A stretch of DNA of 64,000 nucleotides. Origin: Rebecca billardiae RCC1528 (taxonomy: Eukaryota > Protista > Haptophyta). The notes below the pieces were generated by a model. It had not been told where the DNA came from. It ran no database searches and saw only the letters and a list, made by a program, of their open reading frames with translations. This document shows positions 54,406-64,000 of the stretch, piece by piece. Numbering within the stretch: the first letter of the stretch is position 1; each line of letters begins with the position of its first letter. Both the position numbers and the translations under genes were made by a program. Location: NCBI GenBank assembly GCA_965240325.2, contig OZ251225.1, forward strand, positions 1,426,001-1,490,000, written 5' to 3'.

Positions 54406-54753
54406 TCACATCAGAGCTTGGCCACTCTGACCGCCCCATCTGATGCCCTTGCGCTCCTTGGCATTCCTGCTGTTGCGCGCAGAGGGCGACTCCAGCCCGG
54501 AGCGCTCCAGCGAGGACGAATCGATCATGAAGCAATCGTACAGCGCGAGGCACATCCCGCCGAGCACCACCAGGATGAGGCCCCAAATCGCCGCGTCCAC
54601 GGCGACAAAGCTGTCCTGCACGTTGCACGCCTCAGGCGTGCCGTGCGACACGCAGTTCCCAAAGAAGCCGACGGACAGAACGAGCGCGAAGATGCCGACG
54701 GAGCAGACCGTGCCCGTGAAGCACCGCGCCGGGCTCGGCCGGTCGCCGTACAT
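54406..54753 (-). CDS. Small two-TM hypothetical protein
   Basis: MYGDRP...VCSVGIFALVLSVGFFG...AAIWGLILVVLGGMCLALY: two hydrophobic helices with a Cys-containing loop. Confidence 0.5.
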   Translation of the reverse strand: MYGDRPSPARCFTGTVCSVGIFALVLSVGFFGNCVSHGTPEACNVQDSFVAVDAAIWGLILVVLGGMCLALYDCFMIDSSSLERSGLESPSARNSRNAKERKGIRWGGQSGQALM

Positions 54754-55085
54754 GTTCCGCTCCGCCCTCGGGCTCAGCCGGTGGCGCCGGCGGCCACCAT
54801 GTGGTTCTGAATGACGAGGCTGCCGCTTTCTCACCAGTCACCAAGCGTCGCGCCGAAACTGAGCAGTCGCGAGGCGGGCGCGAGGGCGGTCGCGACCTCG
54901 CGGCCGGGCGTGCGCGTGCGCTGCCGCGCTCGGGTGCGCGAGGAGCGTCGCACGGGCGGCGGCGCGCTCTCGGCGCGGACGGCGGACAGCCAACCTCGCG
55001 TAGGGTGCGCTCGGCGGCGGCGGCAGCTCGCGCGCACGCTCGGGCGCTGCGCACGCACGCGCGCCGCAGCGCAAGGAGGGGCAGC

Positions 55086-56135
55086 ATGGTGTTCCTCCTG
55101 CCCGACGTGACCCCGGCGCCCGCCGCCGCGCCGGCTGCGAGCGAGCCGCTCTCACGACGCGCGCGCGCGCTCGCCGCGCTCGAGCGGGAGCACGGCGCGG
55201 CCGAGGAGAGCCGCGGCCGGCGGCAGCGCGCGGCGCTCGGAGTCGCTCCCGACTCGTCCGTCGCAGTTGCAGACGACCCGCTGACGCTCGCGAGTCTGGT
55301 GGCGGCCGAGGACGCGGCGAGCGGGCGCCTCGAGCTCTACGCCGAGCTGCCTCCGCTTGCGTCGCGCGCGCGCCCGCCCCCAGCCGCGGCGGCCGACGCG
55401 GAGGCGCGCGTGCTCGGGTATGCCCAGGCCGTGCTGCGCGGGCCGCGCTCGCGCCGGGGCGGGCTCGACGCCGAGCAGGCGGCGCGCGCGGTCTCGACCA
55501 AGCTGCGGGGCAAGCCGGTGCTCCTCGAGAGCGCGGAGGCCGTCGCTCGCGCGCGCCGCGCGGCCGCGCGCGCCAAGCGCGCGCGGCCGGCCGGTGCGCG
55601 CGTGGGCGCGCTCACGCGCGCCACGCAGCGCGCGCTCGGCGCCGGCCGCGCGCGCGGGCCGGCGACGGGCGCGACGCTGCGCGCGGACGTGCTCGCGGCG
55701 CAGCACGCGCGCTGGTGCGCCTACGCGCGCGCGCTTGTGGGCGGGATGGACGCGCGCGAGCTCGCGCGCCTCGCGCGCGAGCTGCATGCCGTGCCGCTGC
55801 GCGGCGGCGGCGGCGCGGCGGCGAGCGCGCTCGAGCTGCTCGGCGCGCGCGTGCGCGTCGCGGCGGCGCCGTGCCCGGCGCTCGTCGGCGTGCGCGGCAT
55901 CCTCGTCGCCGAGACGCGGCACACGTACCGGCTCGCGCACGCCGACGGCGAGGCGGCCGGCGAGCCGGCCGGCGAGGCGGCCGGCGAGCCGGCCGGCGAG
56001 CCGGCCGAGCGCGCCGCGCGCGTGCGCACCGTGCCGAAGCGCGAGTGCACGCTCGTCCTCGAGCCTCCGGCCGACGTGTTGCGAGCGTTTGCCGAGCGCG
56101 CCGGCGTGCACGCGCTCACGGTCGAGCGCGCGTGA
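55086..56135 (+). CDS. POP4: RNase P/MRP protein subunit POP4/Rpp29
   Basis: QHARWCAY, LELLGARVRVAAAPCPALVGVRGILVAETRHTY...VRTVPKRECTL match the UPF0086 pattern. Confidence 0.85.
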   Translation: MVFLLPDVTPAPAAAPAASEPLSRRARALAALEREHGAAEESRGRRQRAALGVAPDSSVAVADDPLTLASLVAAEDAASGRLELYAELPPLASRARPPPAAAADAEARVLGYAQAVLRGPRSRRGGLDAEQAARAVSTKLRGKPVLLESAEAVARARRAAARAKRARPAGARVGALTRATQRALGAGRARGPATGATLRADVLAAQHARWCAYARALVGGMDARELARLARELHAVPLRGGGGAAASALELLGARVRVAAAPCPALVGVRGILVAETRHTYRLAHADGEAAGEPAGEAAGEPAGEPAERAARVRTVPKRECTLVLEPPADVLRAFAERAGVHALTVERA

Positions 56136-56615
56136 GCGAGCTCGTCGCCCGGAGTCGCCTCTCTCCGGGCGTGGTCCGACGGCGAGTCGCCTCCGAGGCG
56201 CCCGCCAGCACGGGCGCGTGCGCTTCTGGCGTGGCCCCTCGTCCGGATGCGTTCCGATGTGTCGTGCAGTGAGCCGAGTTTGTGCCACACTGCGGGCAGT
56301 TGATCGGCGGCACCGCTCGCTCGAGCGAATCGGCGAATCGGCCCGTCTTGCACGCCCTTTATCATCATGTGGGCAGATGGCGATCTGCGCCATCTCAAAT
56401 ACTCGGGCGTTCCGTCAGTTGGTATCTTCTCAGCGCCGGACGAGTGATCTCGCACCCATCCGAGCCACGTGGGAGGTTTTTTCCTTCGCGGGTTTATGAA
56501 TTCGAACCTCTCAGGCTCCAGACTCCAAGTGCCCGGTTGCGAGCCCACGCCGGTTCAGCCGTCGCCGCTCATCGGCGATATAACCACGCGTTACCGCGTC
56601 GGCGCCGCCGGCCAC

Positions 56616-57593
56616 ATGGCGCGCAGCGTCGATAGCCCCACGGCGTACGGCACGCCCCCGCGGCGCGGCTCGCCGGCGTCATCGACGAGTTCCATCTTCT
56701 CCATCTTTGGCTCGGACTCGTCGCCGAGCTCGCACTCGCCGCCCACGCCGGCGCGCGAGAAGGTCGTGTCCGATTCCTTCCGCGACGACGTGCGCGACGC
56801 AACGGTGGCGAGCCTGCGGGCGCTGCTGCCGCTCCGGCTGCCGGCGGCGAAATCAACGCGCGAGAACGACTCGGCCAAGCCGGCCGCCGTGGTGAGGGCG
56901 CCGCCGCCGCCGGCGCGCTCCCTCGTCGTGCTCGCGCCGCACGACCAGCGGTGCGTGGGGCGCTGCATGCAGTCGCCCGCGCGCCGCCGTTCCGCGCGGT
57001 CCGCGGCCGCACTGCGCGTCCGCGCGGCGGGGCAGCTCGAGCGCATGGCGAAGCACACCGTCACGCTCGCCTGCGCGCGCGCTCTCCGGCTCGCGCGCAA
57101 GCCCGCGCCGCCGCTCACCGCCGCGCTCGAGGCTTTGGTCGTGGACACGGCCGTCGTGTGCGCCGACGGCATGTGCCACCTCGCCGGCCTGCGCCGCTGC
57201 GTGTGCTCCGAGGGGTACGGGCTGTACGTCGTGCGCGTGCGCCGGCTCGACGCGGCCGGCCACGGGCACCCGGAGTGGGAGACGTGCCGGCGGTACAGCG
57301 AGTTCCGCACGCTCCACCTTGCGCTCGCTGGCGGCGGCGGCGGCGGCGGCGCGGGCGCGGGCGGTGCGTTTGCGCGCGCGCTCGCCGGCCAGCTGCCCCC
57401 GCGGCTGGGCAAAGCCGTGTCCACACTGCCGCCGGTCGTCGCCGCGCGACGACGCGCGCTCGATCGCTACCTGCAGCTCGCCCTCGGCGCCGCGCGTGAG
57501 GAGGGCCGCATGCCCGACGTCCTCGAGCGCTTCCTGCGCGGCGACGTGGCGTGCTTTGGGCTCGAGTCGAGCTCGCCGAGCGGGCACAGCTGA
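56616..57593 (+). CDS. PX (phox homology) domain protein
   Basis: YVVRV...WETCRRYSEFRTLHLAL...LPPR...VVAARRRALDRYLQ...VLERFL; Ser-rich N-terminus. Confidence 0.8.
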   Translation: MARSVDSPTAYGTPPRRGSPASSTSSIFSIFGSDSSPSSHSPPTPAREKVVSDSFRDDVRDATVASLRALLPLRLPAAKSTRENDSAKPAAVVRAPPPPARSLVVLAPHDQRCVGRCMQSPARRRSARSAAALRVRAAGQLERMAKHTVTLACARALRLARKPAPPLTAALEALVVDTAVVCADGMCHLAGLRRCVCSEGYGLYVVRVRRLDAAGHGHPEWETCRRYSEFRTLHLALAGGGGGGGAGAGGAFARALAGQLPPRLGKAVSTLPPVVAARRRALDRYLQLALGAAREEGRMPDVLERFLRGDVACFGLESSSPSGHS

Positions 57594-59003
57594 CGTGACG
57601 GGCCGTCTTCATGGACGAGCACTTGCGGGCCCGCCAAGCGTCGACGTACCGTACGGCCCGAGGGCGACGAGCGTTCCTATGCCCGCTGCCGCCGGCGATG
57701 CACTTGCAGTTGGGCGACGAAGCGCCCGCGGATCTCCGCGCCGCGTCAGACTCGGATCTGACGCGCGACGCGAGTCAGCGGCCCTCGAGTGTCCCGCCGT
57801 CAGACTGTCGATACTGTGTCACACGTACTAGTACTATAGTACTGCAATAATTTCCGCGCGCATCGTCGAGGTACGTAGTTGTCGTCAGTCCGTCTGCTGT
57901 GACCGTCAGGTCGTGGACGCCAGTCACGCTCTTACCGAATACCGTACTCCCGGCCACTAGTCCTAAGCGGCATCGTATTGTCAATGAATAATATTATATA
58001 ATATGATGATGACGCAAGAGTATATATACCCGGTTGAGCGGCGGAGCGACGGAGTGTTACCAGTGTGCCCCTGTGTCCACTGCTGTCCTCGGGCTCGGGC
58101 TCGGTCCGCAATTCCGCACTGTCGAGTGTGACGAGTGTCGCAGAGCCTGTCGGTCCTCGGTTCATGGCTGCTATACTTCAGCATACAGTTTGGCTATGAC
58201 TTAACTATGACAATAAGTCGGTCCGACGTCTCCGACGAGTCACTCCGGCCGAGTGCCCAGCGGCTCGCCTGAGCCTCGGTGGCACTGGCAGCTCGGAGCT
58301 ACACCTGCCAGCCGTAACTACTGTACAGTCGGAGCCAATGATAAGCTCATACTCGTCCGCGAGCCCGGACGAATATTGATGAGTAATAAGCACGCCGGCA
58401 GAGGAGATGAAGACTACACTCCCGGACTCACTCCCGACTATCCGCGACCGATACCGCCGATTATACGGTCATCGGCTCTGAACTCGTGCTGCCGCACGGG
58501 CGGCGGTGCTCCGTGCTGCCGCCCCGGGGCCGGGGCCGGAGTGTTTGCGGCTTTGCGCGTTACCATCGACGGGTCCGGACTCCGTCGGCGTCTGGTCGGA
58601 GACGGCCGAGACGGAGTGACACTTATTGTATGGTGCATAGAGTGTAGACGGGCCAGTACTAGCTGCTGGCGCTAGTCGTACGGTCGTATTGTAGTCAGTA
58701 GACGTAGTTTTGCGGACTGACACCGCTCAAGTCTCGGATGGACGACGTTGTGCAGTGCTCCGAGTGCTTGGGCTGGCGGCTGGCGGCCCCTGGTACAGAT
58801 TGAATGGCATCCATCATCCTGGACGCACGACGCACAGTCTCGCTGTACATCTCGGTCGTTCGACCAAAGAAATAGGGGGGGGCCTTGCTCAACGACCCGA
58901 CGACGACGAGAAAATGCTTCGTCCAATCGCAATTTAAAATGTGCTACTAATACCTGTAAGTAATAAACGTCGCGTCTAAACGACCGCGCCAGCAACGCGT
59001 ACG

Positions 59004-60023
59004 ATGCCGGCCCGCGTCACCGTGATGGCTGGCGTCTTCCTCGCCACGGCGCAGGCGGCTGCGTTGTCGTTGAACCAGTCGGCGCAGCTATTGTCATGCG
59101 CGCCGCCCAAGCGGAAGTACGCTGGTATCTGTGGCTACATCCAGACGGGCACGGTCGATGCGATTGCCCGCGCGGACGTTGCATGCCGGCACCACCCGCC
59201 TCGCGGCGCGAGCGTGAGCCCGGGGCGCTGCGCGGCAGTGAGCGCGCCGGGCGCACAGCTGCGCCGCCGCAGCGACGTCGGCTCGGAGCTCGGGCAGGAC
59301 GTGCTGCTCGACCGGCTGTACTTCCGCGGCAAGATGTGTGGCACCTTCGTCGAGCTCGGCATGATGTCCGGGCTGGCAGCTTCGAACACGCTACGCTTTG
59401 AGCAGCTGCGCGCGTGGCGGGGGCTGTGCCTCGAGCCGAATCCGCGGCTGTTCAAGGCGCTCGCGAGGAATCGCCGGCTGTGCACGAATCTGAACGTGGT
59501 AGTCGCTTCCGAGCGCGGCAGCCAGTCCTTCACGATCACGAGCGAGTCCGGTTTCGACTCGCTCACGCGCTTCCTTGACCACGACAAGCTGCGGCGCGCG
59601 CACGTGCGCGTGCGCAAGACCGTGGACGTGGAGGCGGTGCCGCTGCGCGAGCTGCTCGCGCAGCGCGGCTCCGCGCACGTCGACCTGCTCAGCCTCGACG
59701 TGGAGGGCGCCGAGCTCTCCGTGCTTCAGTCCATCGACTTTGGCGCCACGTCCTTTGGGCTGCTGCTTGTCGAGGGCGGGCACACGCGCGCGGCCGTCGT
59801 CTCGCTGCTCGAGCGCGCAGGGTACCAGCTGCACGGCGTCGTGGGGTACGACGCCGTGTTCGCCAACGCTTGCCTGCACCCGAGGAGGCCATCGCTCGCC
59901 GAATGGATGCGCGCCGTACCGTGGGAATGCATCCTCGGCCCAGCATCAGCGCAAAATGGCAGTATTACTGCAGGGTCCGCGATGATCACCCCGCCACAGG
60001 CTTGCCGCCGCCGCGTCCGGTGA
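59004..60023 (+). CDS. FkbM-family (Methyltransf_21) methyltransferase with signal peptide
   Basis: SELGQD, GTFVELG..SG...SNT..FE...WRGLCLEPNP, VDLLSLDVEGAELSVLQSIDF. Confidence 0.9.
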   Translation: MPARVTVMAGVFLATAQAAALSLNQSAQLLSCAPPKRKYAGICGYIQTGTVDAIARADVACRHHPPRGASVSPGRCAAVSAPGAQLRRRSDVGSELGQDVLLDRLYFRGKMCGTFVELGMMSGLAASNTLRFEQLRAWRGLCLEPNPRLFKALARNRRLCTNLNVVVASERGSQSFTITSESGFDSLTRFLDHDKLRRAHVRVRKTVDVEAVPLRELLAQRGSAHVDLLSLDVEGAELSVLQSIDFGATSFGLLLVEGGHTRAAVVSLLERAGYQLHGVVGYDAVFANACLHPRRPSLAEWMRAVPWECILGPASAQNGSITAGSAMITPPQACRRRVR

Positions 60024-60704
60024 CATAGCTCGTAGCTGTATCATGCAGACTAAATATGCAGTCGCACCACGGCAGGCTGTGCCGCAGACAGTGCCGAGCC
60101 ACGCGTGGTACGTAGTCCGAGTAGTCCGAGCACGAGTGGCTGATCGACTAGCAGGCTCCAGTGAGCAGCGCTGGCGAAGCCCGACTGGCCGATCCGCCGC
60201 GCGGACCGGACCAGTAGAGTGAGTAGTCTTAGTACAGTAGCCCGAGTATATATAATATAAGCCGTACGCGGCCCGCGCCAACTAGCCTACGACTAGCTGC
60301 TGACAGTAATAAGCTATATATACTAGCCAGGGTAGCTAGGCGGTCACTAGATCGGACGACTATACGCGAATAATAATCGATCTACTGCTGATATGATGAT
60401 ATGATGCTGCAACGGGTAGTGCGGGGTACGCGACGACTAAGCTGCGCTATATATATATATTACTACCGTACGTCGTACCGACAGGCGTAACTCGATACCG
60501 GGCGGGCGGCCGCCATTAGGCGGATATCACTCATTGATTCAGCCGCAGCAGCGCGGCGGAGTCAACTGCGCACTATACCGTACGTAGTATACAGCGGCGC
60601 GCCGGACCGCGACTCACGGGCGCTAGCTAGCTACTGTAGTCGCCGTCGGTAGCGGCCTGACCGCGACCCCGGCGACCACCGTGTCCGTTGGCGGCCTGCC
60701 GCGG

Positions 60705-61916
60705 CTATCTCCACACGCGCACGCGGCCCGGGAAGCGGCGCTCGAGGCCGACAAGGTACGCGTGCTCCGAGCGGTACAGATGCTGCGCGCCCTCCTTCTC
60801 GGCCCGCTCGGGCGAGAAGTAGTGCTCGCGCGGCGTGCCGAAGCCGTACACGTCGAGCGCCTCGCACAGCGCGAGCGCGGCGAGCACGCCGTTGAAGCCG
60901 CTCGTCGGGTGCGAGCGGCCGTCGGCGTACGCGGGGATCTGCGCGTCGACGTGCTCGGCGAACGAGTCCGCGCGCACGTACACGGCGGGCGCGCGCCGCG
61001 CGCCGCCGCCCGCCGCCTCGCGCTGCGCGAACGCGAGCAGCTCGGCCGCGCCGTTGCGCCGGGGCACGAAGAGGAGGGCGGGCGGCGGCATCTGCTCGGC
61101 GTAGAAGTCGCAGCCGGCGACGCGCGCGGCCTCGCGCGCGCCGTCGGCGCGGAGCTCGACGCGCGTGGCCTTGCCGGCGAGGCACGCGCGCGTCTGCACG
61201 TCGGCGAGCACCGCGAGCGTCGTGCGCGCGCCCGCGTCGGCGGCGAACCCGCCGCCCGCCGGCGCGCCGTTGAAGCGCATCACGAGCTCGTGCGCGTCGA
61301 TGTACGGCCCGTAGCCGGAGCGCAGCAGGCTGCCCGACGAGCCGACGACGGCGCACGTGCGCGCGAGCGAGGCGCCGGCGAGGTCGCGCTCGGGGAGCGC
61401 CGCCGCGAGCCCCGGCGCGAGCCGCGCGTGCGCGGCGTCCGCGTGCGGCGGCGCGTCGAACGCGTCGCGCGTCCACACGAGCCGCACGCCTGCCGGGAGC
61501 GGCGCGAGCGCGCGCCCGCCGCGCGCGGGCGGCGCGGTGAAGGGCAGCTCGGGTGGCTCGAGGCCGGACGGGACCAGCGCCGCGCGCGCGGGGCCTCCGC
61601 GGCGCGGCGGTGGCGAGGGGGAGGGCGGTGGCGGCGGCGGCGGCGGCGGCGAGTCCGAGCGGCCGGCGGCGGCGGCGCGCCGCGGCGCGGCAGCCACCGC
61701 CGCGGGCTGCTCGGCGTCGCGCCGGCGGCCCGCCCATCGGACGTGCGGCGCGTATCCCCACAGCGCGAGGCCGAGCAGCGTCAGCACCCACGCGCCCAGC
61801 GCCGCGACGAAGACGAGGCGCGCCGCGCGCCCGCGCGGCGCGGACGCCATCGTGCGCGCCGCCACCATCGACGAATTTGTGCTTGTTGGATCGAGAATGG
61901 ATTCGCAAGTGGCCAT
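60705..61916 (-). CDS. GT29 sialyltransferase-like glycosyltransferase (start may be 61868 or 61850)
   Basis: Type II anchor and Pro-rich stem. Sialylmotif L (RTCAVVGSSGSLLRSGYGPYIDAHELVMRFNGAP), S (PTSGFNGVLAALALCEALDVYGF), III (HYF) and VS (HLYRSE). Confidence 0.92.
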   Translation of the reverse strand: MATCESILDPTSTNSSMVAARTMASAPRGRAARLVFVAALGAWVLTLLGLALWGYAPHVRWAGRRRDAEQPAAVAAAPRRAAAAGRSDSPPPPPPPPPSPSPPPRRGGPARAALVPSGLEPPELPFTAPPARGGRALAPLPAGVRLVWTRDAFDAPPHADAAHARLAPGLAAALPERDLAGASLARTCAVVGSSGSLLRSGYGPYIDAHELVMRFNGAPAGGGFAADAGARTTLAVLADVQTRACLAGKATRVELRADGAREAARVAGCDFYAEQMPPPALLFVPRRNGAAELLAFAQREAAGGGARRAPAVYVRADSFAEHVDAQIPAYADGRSHPTSGFNGVLAALALCEALDVYGFGTPREHYFSPERAEKEGAQHLYRSEHAYLVGLERRFPGRVRVWR

Positions 61917-62387
61917 GCATTTTCACATAGCGCTATTTTTGGCCGGATGTCGTGCCGCGGCCCGGGTGGGGTACTTTTCGGCGTTAGGTTACCCTTGCAC
62001 GCTTCGGCTGCTCATATTGATGTTCGTCCGCGCTCCATCAACACCAGTATTCGGCCGTCGAGGCTGAACCGGAATCGGCGATCGAGAGCTCAACCACAAT
62101 CTGATGAATGTGATGACTTCGTGATAATAATAAGACAGTAGTTGACTGGGCGGCCCTTGCTGATGAGTCTGAGAAAATAGTCAGCGCACGAATCGAGGGC
62201 GCTTGATACCGTGCGAATGATGACGCATCAGGCCGTGCAAGAGCCCGAACCCGCCGCGCATCATCAGCTAGAGGAGGGTCCTTGGCCGAGCACGAGCCAG
62301 CGGAGGGCCTTGGCTTGCCCGCGGGCCTCGGCAGTGGCAGCGCGGTCGCTCGGGGGCGCTCCTCGGCGCGCCGTGCCGCAGCCACCG

Positions 62388-64000
62388 ATGGCGCGCGATG
62401 CGTGGAGCGGGGTGGGCCCGCTCGTCGTCCGCCGCGCCGGCAGCCAGTCGCCGCCGCCGCCCGCGCCCGCGCCCGAGGCGGCGGCCGCGCCCGCGCCCGC
62501 CGGCCCGTACGGCATGCTCATCATCGCCGACCCGGGCCCGCAGCCGGACGCGATCGAGGCGCTGCTCGTCGCGGGCGTGCTGCACAAGCGCGGCGTGATC
62601 CAGCTGCGCGGCGTGATCTGCAACGGCGGCGGCCAGGCGCGCGCGCGCGCGCGGCTCGCGCGCTGCGTGTTCTCCCACGTCGGCGTCTCGGGCGTGCCGA
62701 TCGGCGTCGGCTCCGACGGCGCCGAGCAGGAGCCCGCGTCGCACGAGTGCGCGCGCGCGCGCGCGCCGCGCCGCGCCGCGCCGCGCCGCGCGCGACCCCT
62801 CCTCCCTCTCGGGCGTTGCCGCCGTCGTCGTCGTCGTCGCCGTCGCCGCGCGCGCCCGGCCGGTGGGAGCGCTCACCCGCCCGCCCCGCGCGCGCGCGCG
62901 CGCGCGCGCCGCAGGTACGGCATCAGGGGGTACTCGCGCGTGGACGAGGAGCGGCTGCTCGACGGCGCCGCGCTGCTCACGTACGTGCTGCGCACGGCGC
63001 CCGACCGCTCGCTCCGCGTCGTGCTGCTCGCCTCGTCGCAGCGCGACTTTGCCGACGCGCTGCGCGTGAGCCCGCAGCTCGTGCGCCGCGCGGTGCACGC
63101 CGTGTACGCGCACGGCGGGCTGCGGCCGGACGCGTCGGCGCTGGGCGGCTGGGCGCCGGACCCGGCGGCGAGCGCGGACCTCGACGCGGACCTCGACTCG
63201 GCGGCGCGCGTCGTCGCCTTCTGCCTGGGCAGCGGCGTGCGCCTGCGCCTCACCGCGGCGGCCGCGGTGCCGATGGTGCCGATGTCGCTCGTGCGCGCGC
63301 TCGCCGAGCGCACGCACTGCCCCGTGATGACGTACCTGGCGAACGCGCAGTACCTCGGGCTGCAGGGGCTGTGGGAGCGCGTGGCGGAGGGGCGCGCGCC
63401 GCCGCACGCGAGCCGGCGCTGGTTCTTCGACACCTTCTGCAAGCCCGGCGCGCTCGACGCGCTCGGCGGGCCAACCGCGCTGCAGCGGCTCGCGCCGAGC
63501 GCGCGGCTGCACCGCCAGCTCGCGGGCTACGTGCAGCCGCACGCGGTCGCGACGCTGCTCTCCGCGCTCGACGGCGCGCGGCTGGGCGGCGGGCCGGGCG
63601 TGGGCGTGGGCCGGCGCGCCGCCGCGGCGCTGCGCGCGCCGCGCGCGCCGCTCGAGGTCGGCGGCGTCGCGCACGAGCTCGGCACGGCGCCCGAGCACGG
63701 CGCCGACTCGCAGGCGGTCGTGAGCGTGTTGCGCGAGACTTATCGCGACGTCGTGCTCGCCACCGCCGCCTCCGCCGCGGCGGAGCGCGCGCGCGCGGAG
63801 GCGGCGGAGCGCGCGGCGCGCGCGGGCGGCGCGCTCACCTACGCCGCCGTCGCGACCTCCACCGCGGGCAAGCTCTCGTGGTGGTGCTCGTGGCACCTGC
63901 CCTGCCTCGGCTCGTCGCGCGAGCGGCTCAAGGCGGCGGCGATCGGGCCGGCGACCGCCGAGCTCGGCGGCGGCCCGGCCACGCCGCGCACGTCGGGGCA
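62388..64000 (+). CDS. Nucleoside-hydrolase-fold (IU-NH-like) protein, divergent; intron 62747-62914; runs off the right edge
   Basis: Manual translation gives MLIIADPGPQPDAIEALLVAG...IQLRGVICNGG...RARLARCVF...VPIGVGS...HE|YG...SLRVVLLAS...AVYAHGG...DLDSAARVVAF. This follows the IU-NH N-terminal pattern with an altered Asp cluster. Confidence 0.6.
   Translation, partial: MARDAWSGVGPLVVRRAGSQSPPPPAPAPEAAAAPAPAGPYGMLIIADPGPQPDAIEALLVAGVLHKRGVIQLRGVICNGGGQARARARLARCVFSHVGVSGVPIGVGSDGAEQEPASHECARARAPRRAAPRRARPLLPLGRCRRRRRRRRRRARPAGGSAHPPAPRARARARRRYGIRGYSRVDEERLLDGAALLTYVLRTAPDRSLRVVLLASSQRDFADALRVSPQLVRRAVHAVYAHGGLRPDASALGGWAPDPAASADLDADLDSAARVVAFCLGSGVRLRLTAAAAVPMVPMSLVRALAERTHCPVMTYLANAQYLGLQGLWERVAEGRAPPHASRRWFFDTFCKPGALDALGGPTALQRLAPSARLHRQLAGYVQPHAVATLLSALDGARLGGGPGVGVGRRAAAALRAPRAPLEVGGVAHELGTAPEHGADSQAVVSVLRETYRDVVLATAASAAAERARAEAAERAARAGGALTYAAVATSTAGKLSWWCSWHLPCLGSSRERLKAAAIGPATAELGGGPATPRTSG

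Noticed and set aside
57850-58990. Intergenic stretch with partial inverted similarities (gtcactccg / cggagtgac) and short ORFs
   Set aside because: The matches are too short and patchy to define an element, and the ORFs lack recognisable motifs.
2265-63896. Hundreds of long Arg/Ala/Pro-rich overlapping ORFs (e.g. 2265-4298, 6664-8856, 21779-23803, 62268-63896)
   Set aside because: Antisense or off-frame shadows of real genes, caused by stop-codon scarcity at very high GC. They have no domain motifs.
1-64000. tRNA, rRNA or snRNA genes; prokaryotic operon or defence system
   Set aside because: No cloverleaf or rRNA signatures were recognised by eye (tRNAscan-SE/Infernal would be decisive). 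The genes have spliceosomal introns and eukaryote-specific functions.

Overview
A very GC-rich, gene-dense eukaryotic nuclear region. It has short spliceosomal introns rich in (CG)n, one GC-AG intron and signal-peptide/plastid-type presequences. This fits a haptophyte alga such as Diacronema/Pavlova, but that is inferred from composition and gene style, not verified. About 24 protein genes can be supported: PHD-JmjC demethylase, STT3 with a C-terminal ankyrin, Kdo transferase (WaaA/KdtA), UBR1-type E3 ligase, amino-acid transporter, KIFBP, GT47, 2OG-Fe(II) oxygenase, kringle membrane protein, GT77, a degenerate SerRS paralog, CacyBP, an SGNH-fold protein, a FAM173-type methyltransferase, GPD2, ADPRM, POP4, a PX protein, an FkbM methyltransferase, GT29, a nucleoside-hydrolase-like protein and several hypotheticals. 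Most sit in head-to-head pairs. An accessory repeat island at ~11.1-18.3 kb holds three things: a 4.0-kb segment bounded by perfect 43-bp TA|CAGT inverted repeats; a head-to-tail tandem element with asymmetric sub-terminal inverted repeats and a 3' hairpin (Helentron/HINE-like); and, inside that element, a 5x64-bp array of co-varying hairpins. The element ends 11 nt before the kdtA start codon. The best novelty candidates are the apparently catalytically dead cytosolic-type seryl-tRNA synthetase paralog (43783-44943) and the structured tandem element with its hairpin array (16365-18333). Most other ORFs in the track are GC-driven shadow ORFs.
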